Positions 62,174 to 64,000 of a stretch of DNA of 64,000 nt are shown piece after piece (the stretch's first letter is position 1; every line of letters starts with the position of its first letter). Source of the stretch: Candidatus Cloacimonadota bacterium (lineage in GTDB: Bacteria > Cloacimonadota > Cloacimonadia > G963667145); NCBI GenBank assembly GCA_963667255.1, contig OY762940.1, forward strand, positions 1,376,001 through 1,440,000, in the 5' to 3' direction. Below the pieces are notes generated by a model. It had not been told where the DNA came from and searched no databases. It saw only the letters and a list, made by a program, of their open reading frames with translations. Made by a program: the position numbers and the translations under genes.

Positions 62174-63079
62174 TCAATATCTAAACAAGTCCGTGGACAA
62201 ATATCTGTCTCCTCTGTCAGTCAAAACGGTAACAATCACACCTTCGTCCAACTCCTCTGCCAACTGCAATGCTCCCAACACATTAGCTCCAGAACTCATG
62301 CCAACAAAGAGTCCTTCTTCCCCAGCTAATCTTCGGGTCATATCAAAAGATTCTTTGCAAAAAACACTTCGCACTTGGTCTAATTTATGCACTTGATAAA
62401 TCTTCGGTTGCACAGACTCAACCATATTTTTCAAGCCTTGCAAATTGTGACGAAGATGAGGCTCTAACCCTATTATTTTGATATTTTTATTTCTCTCTCT
62501 AAAATAGTCTCCACATCCCATCAAAGTGCCTGTAGAACCCATACCAGCAACGAAATAGTCCAACTTACCGTCCAATTGCCTATATATCTCAGGAGCTGTG
62601 CCCACATAGTGCGACAGAGGGTTTGCAGGATTGCTAAACTGGTCGGGATAAAAATATCTCTCGGGCTCTTCCGCCACAATTTTTCGCAGCAAGCAAATAG
62701 CACCATCAGTCCCTTTATCAGCCTCGGAGAGCACCACTTCCACACCAAATCCTTCCAAAATCTGAATACGCTCCTGACTGACGGAACTGCTCATCACAAT
62801 CTTACACTTGTATCCAAGATGAGCGGCAATCATCGCTAGACCAACGCCAGTATTTCCCGAAGTCGCCTCAATAATGGTCTTATCCTTGGTAAGTTCGCCA
62901 CTCTCCAAACCTCTTTTTATCATCATCATCGCAGGTCTGTCTTTGATAGAACCACCGGGATTCATAAACTCCAATTTGGCAAAAATCTTCACTCCCTGTT
63001 TTTGCTCAATATTTTTCAGTCGAAGCAAAGGCGTATTGCCGATGCATTCAAACAAATTAGTGGCGTGCAGCTGGCTCAT
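62174..63079 (-). CDS. Cysteine synthase (CysK/CysM family)
   Basis: IGNTPL, NPGGSIKDR, EATSGNTG, GMGSTGT. Confidence 0.9.
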   Translation of the reverse strand: MSQLHATNLFECIGNTPLLRLKNIEQKQGVKIFAKLEFMNPGGSIKDRPAMMMIKRGLESGELTKDKTIIEATSGNTGVGLAMIAAHLGYKCKIVMSSSVSQERIQILEGFGVEVVLSEADKGTDGAICLLRKIVAEEPERYFYPDQFSNPANPLSHYVGTAPEIYRQLDGKLDYFVAGMGSTGTLMGCGDYFRERNKNIKIIGLEPHLRHNLQGLKNMVESVQPKIYQVHKLDQVRSVFCKESFDMTRRLAGEEGLFVGMSSGANVLGALQLAEELDEGVIVTVLTDRGDRYLSTDLFRY

Positions 63080-63473
63080 AATTTTTCAACCCCTCGAATT
63101 TTTTACCAGACTTCTGACTATAATCCCAAATAGCAGCTCTGATAGCATCTTCAGCCAAGACGGAACAATGCACCTTCTCCGTCGGAAGTCCGCCAAGAGC
63201 CTCCAAAGCATCCCTGTTTCTGAATTTCAACGCCTCATCTATGCTCTTGCCTATCAACATTGTAGAAGCTACAGATGAGGAAGCAACCGCCGCTCCGCAT
63301 CCGTAAGTTTGAAATTTCAAATCGCTAATTACATCGTTTTCATCAACCTTGATATAAATCTTCATAATGTCGCCACACTGAGCACTGCCAATCTCTCCGA
63401 TACCATCGGCATCGTCTATCTTCCCCACATTTCGAGGATTTTGGAAATGATCCAATACCTTATCCGTATACAT
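63057..63473 (-). CDS. iscU: Fe-S scaffold IscU/NifU-N
   Basis: DHFQNPRNVG, CGD, GCG, KVHCS. Confidence 0.93.
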   Translation of the reverse strand: MYTDKVLDHFQNPRNVGKIDDADGIGEIGSAQCGDIMKIYIKVDENDVISDLKFQTYGCGAAVASSSVASTMLIGKSIDEALKFRNRDALEALGGLPTEKVHCSVLAEDAIRAAIWDYSQKSGKKFEGLKNYEPAARH

Positions 63474-63504
63474 ATTACTCTCCTAAAATCTATATTTTCT
63501 TCCG

Positions 63505-64000
63505 TTAATCACACAACGGAGACATTTTCCTTAACCTTTTTATGCTTTTTTTGAGAACATCAACCACCGTGTTAACTTCCTCTATCGTATTGAAATAACC
63601 AACAGACAAACGAAGCGAGCCGTGAGAAATCATATCGGAAATACCCATAGCCTGCAAAACATGGGATGCTCCCGCAGAACCCGTCGTGCAAGCCGAACCA
63701 GTGGAAGCTGAAATTCCAGCAAAATTCAAATCCAAGATTATCGCCTCTCCCTCTGCAAACTCAAAACAAAAACTGGCAATTCCCGGATGCCGTTCGCTCG
63801 GATGACCTGTCAAAACCACATTGTCAATCTCACTGGTAATTCGTTGAATGAGCAAATTACTCATCTCTCTCAAATGCTTTTGATGAAACTCCAGCTCGCC
63901 ATCAAGCAACTCCAAAGCCTTGCCGAAACCGACAATTCCTGGGACATTTTCCGTGCCAGCTCTCTTCTTCCGCTCTTGAGCTCCACCCAAAATAAACGGC
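63505..64000 (-). CDS. iscS: Cysteine desulfurase IscS/NifS (3' part; 5' end outside window)
   Basis: GGAQE...RAGTENV, STGSACT, SHVLQAMG, SLRLS. Confidence 0.92.
   Translation of the reverse strand, partial: PFILGGAQERKKRAGTENVPGIVGFGKALELLDGELEFHQKHLREMSNLLIQRITSEIDNVVLTGHPSERHPGIASFCFEFAEGEAIILDLNFAGISASTGSACTTGSAGASHVLQAMGISDMISHGSLRLSVGYFNTIEEVNTVVDVLKKSIKRLRKMSPLCD

Overview
Chromosomal segment of an AT-rich, anaerobic, diderm bacterium (PFOR, Fe-ADH, LpxK, LptE, long-form SecA; FCB/Cloacimonadota-like placement is inference). Every credible gene except one transposase lies on the minus strand. The backbone is housekeeping: three tandem Aas-type acyl-AMP ligases, glmS, nfuA, gatA, gpmI, rluB, grpE-dnaK-dnaJ with CIRCE, nifJ, livKHMGF, a DUF39/COG2122/metF methionine operon, sulP, ligA, the lpoB cluster, hemW, crcB, trpS, a nonsense-split dacB, lpxK, rluD, trkAH, adk, secA, gatC, tRNA-Ile2(CAT), cysteine synthase and iscU/iscS. 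Two AT-rich accessory islands interrupt it. The strongest signals are outside the ORF track. (1) A 37-codon leader peptide with 8 Met codons in 12, with matching antiterminator/terminator, sits upstream of the homocysteine/methionine operon, which fits ribosome-mediated methionine attenuation. (2) A surface-lipoprotein operon has a leader ORF running through an (ACTGACCA)9 repeat; repeat number decides whether the ribosome stops before, next to, or reads through an intrinsic terminator, which fits a phase-variable attenuator. (3) The 882-aa lipoprotein of that operon ends in a 114-bp stretch with the signature of a diversity-generating retroelement (DGR) variable repeat, with no template or reverse transcriptase in the window. 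(4) A BcgI-like restriction-modification locus has a -1 frameshift signal joining the RM and S subunits and is currently interrupted by a 1111-bp IS256-like element with an 8-bp target duplication.
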